DNA of 63,951 bases, counting the filler, from Octopus bimaculoides (taxonomy: Eukaryota), in assembly GCF_001194135.2 (NCBI RefSeq). It is 7 parts of 6 records of this genome, joined end to end, with 100 filler letters (N's around TTAATTAATTAA, not from the genome) between each part and the next. Parts side by side here need not be neighbours in the genome. Positions count along the whole stretch, not along the records: positions 62,769 to 63,951 come from NC_068981.1; 6 more parts are not named here. The stretch is one strand, 5' to 3'. Positions 63,910 through 63,951 of the stretch are shown here, piece after piece (the first letter of the stretch is position 1; each line of letters begins with the position of its first letter). Position numbers and translations under genes: made by a program. The notes under the pieces are model-generated. The model saw only the letters and a list, made by a program, of their open reading frames with translations, was not told the origin of the DNA and did no database searches.

Positions 63910-63951
<42 letters not shown>

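Overview
Repeat-saturated, AT-rich animal genomic DNA from a gappy assembly. The SINE families and extreme microsatellite density suggest an octopus (cephalopod); this is inferred from repeat content, not a search. No rRNA, true tRNA, CRISPR or prokaryotic features. The only recognisable host gene is a partial XPC/Rad4 nucleotide-excision-repair gene: five + strand exons (29271-34811), four of which splice in frame. All five lie in one ~6 kb block bounded by artificial 100-bp joins (44 N + TTAATTAATTAA + 44 N; six such joins in the window). Its 5' exons and BHD1-3 exons are not visible. The next block holds at least one clean - strand exon of an unidentified gene plus RFX X-box motifs. The rest is mostly transposon debris: three modular tRNA-derived SINE families; RTE, CR1/L2-like and L1/Tx1-like LINE fragments; two R4/Dong-type (restriction-like endonuclease) retrotransposon remnants in (TAA)n and (TACA)n; two Tc1/mariner fragments; pogo- and hAT-type MITE ends; and two higher-order minisatellites. 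Almost all ORF-track entries are microsatellite or N-gap artefacts. I cannot demonstrate a new biological system. The best leads are the microsatellite-embedded R4/Dong deletion derivative, a pre-miRNA-sized hairpin in a unique regulatory-looking island, two long near-perfect foldbacks, and hammerhead-ribozyme-like motifs in Penelope-like repeats. Repeat boundaries are approximate (read by eye).
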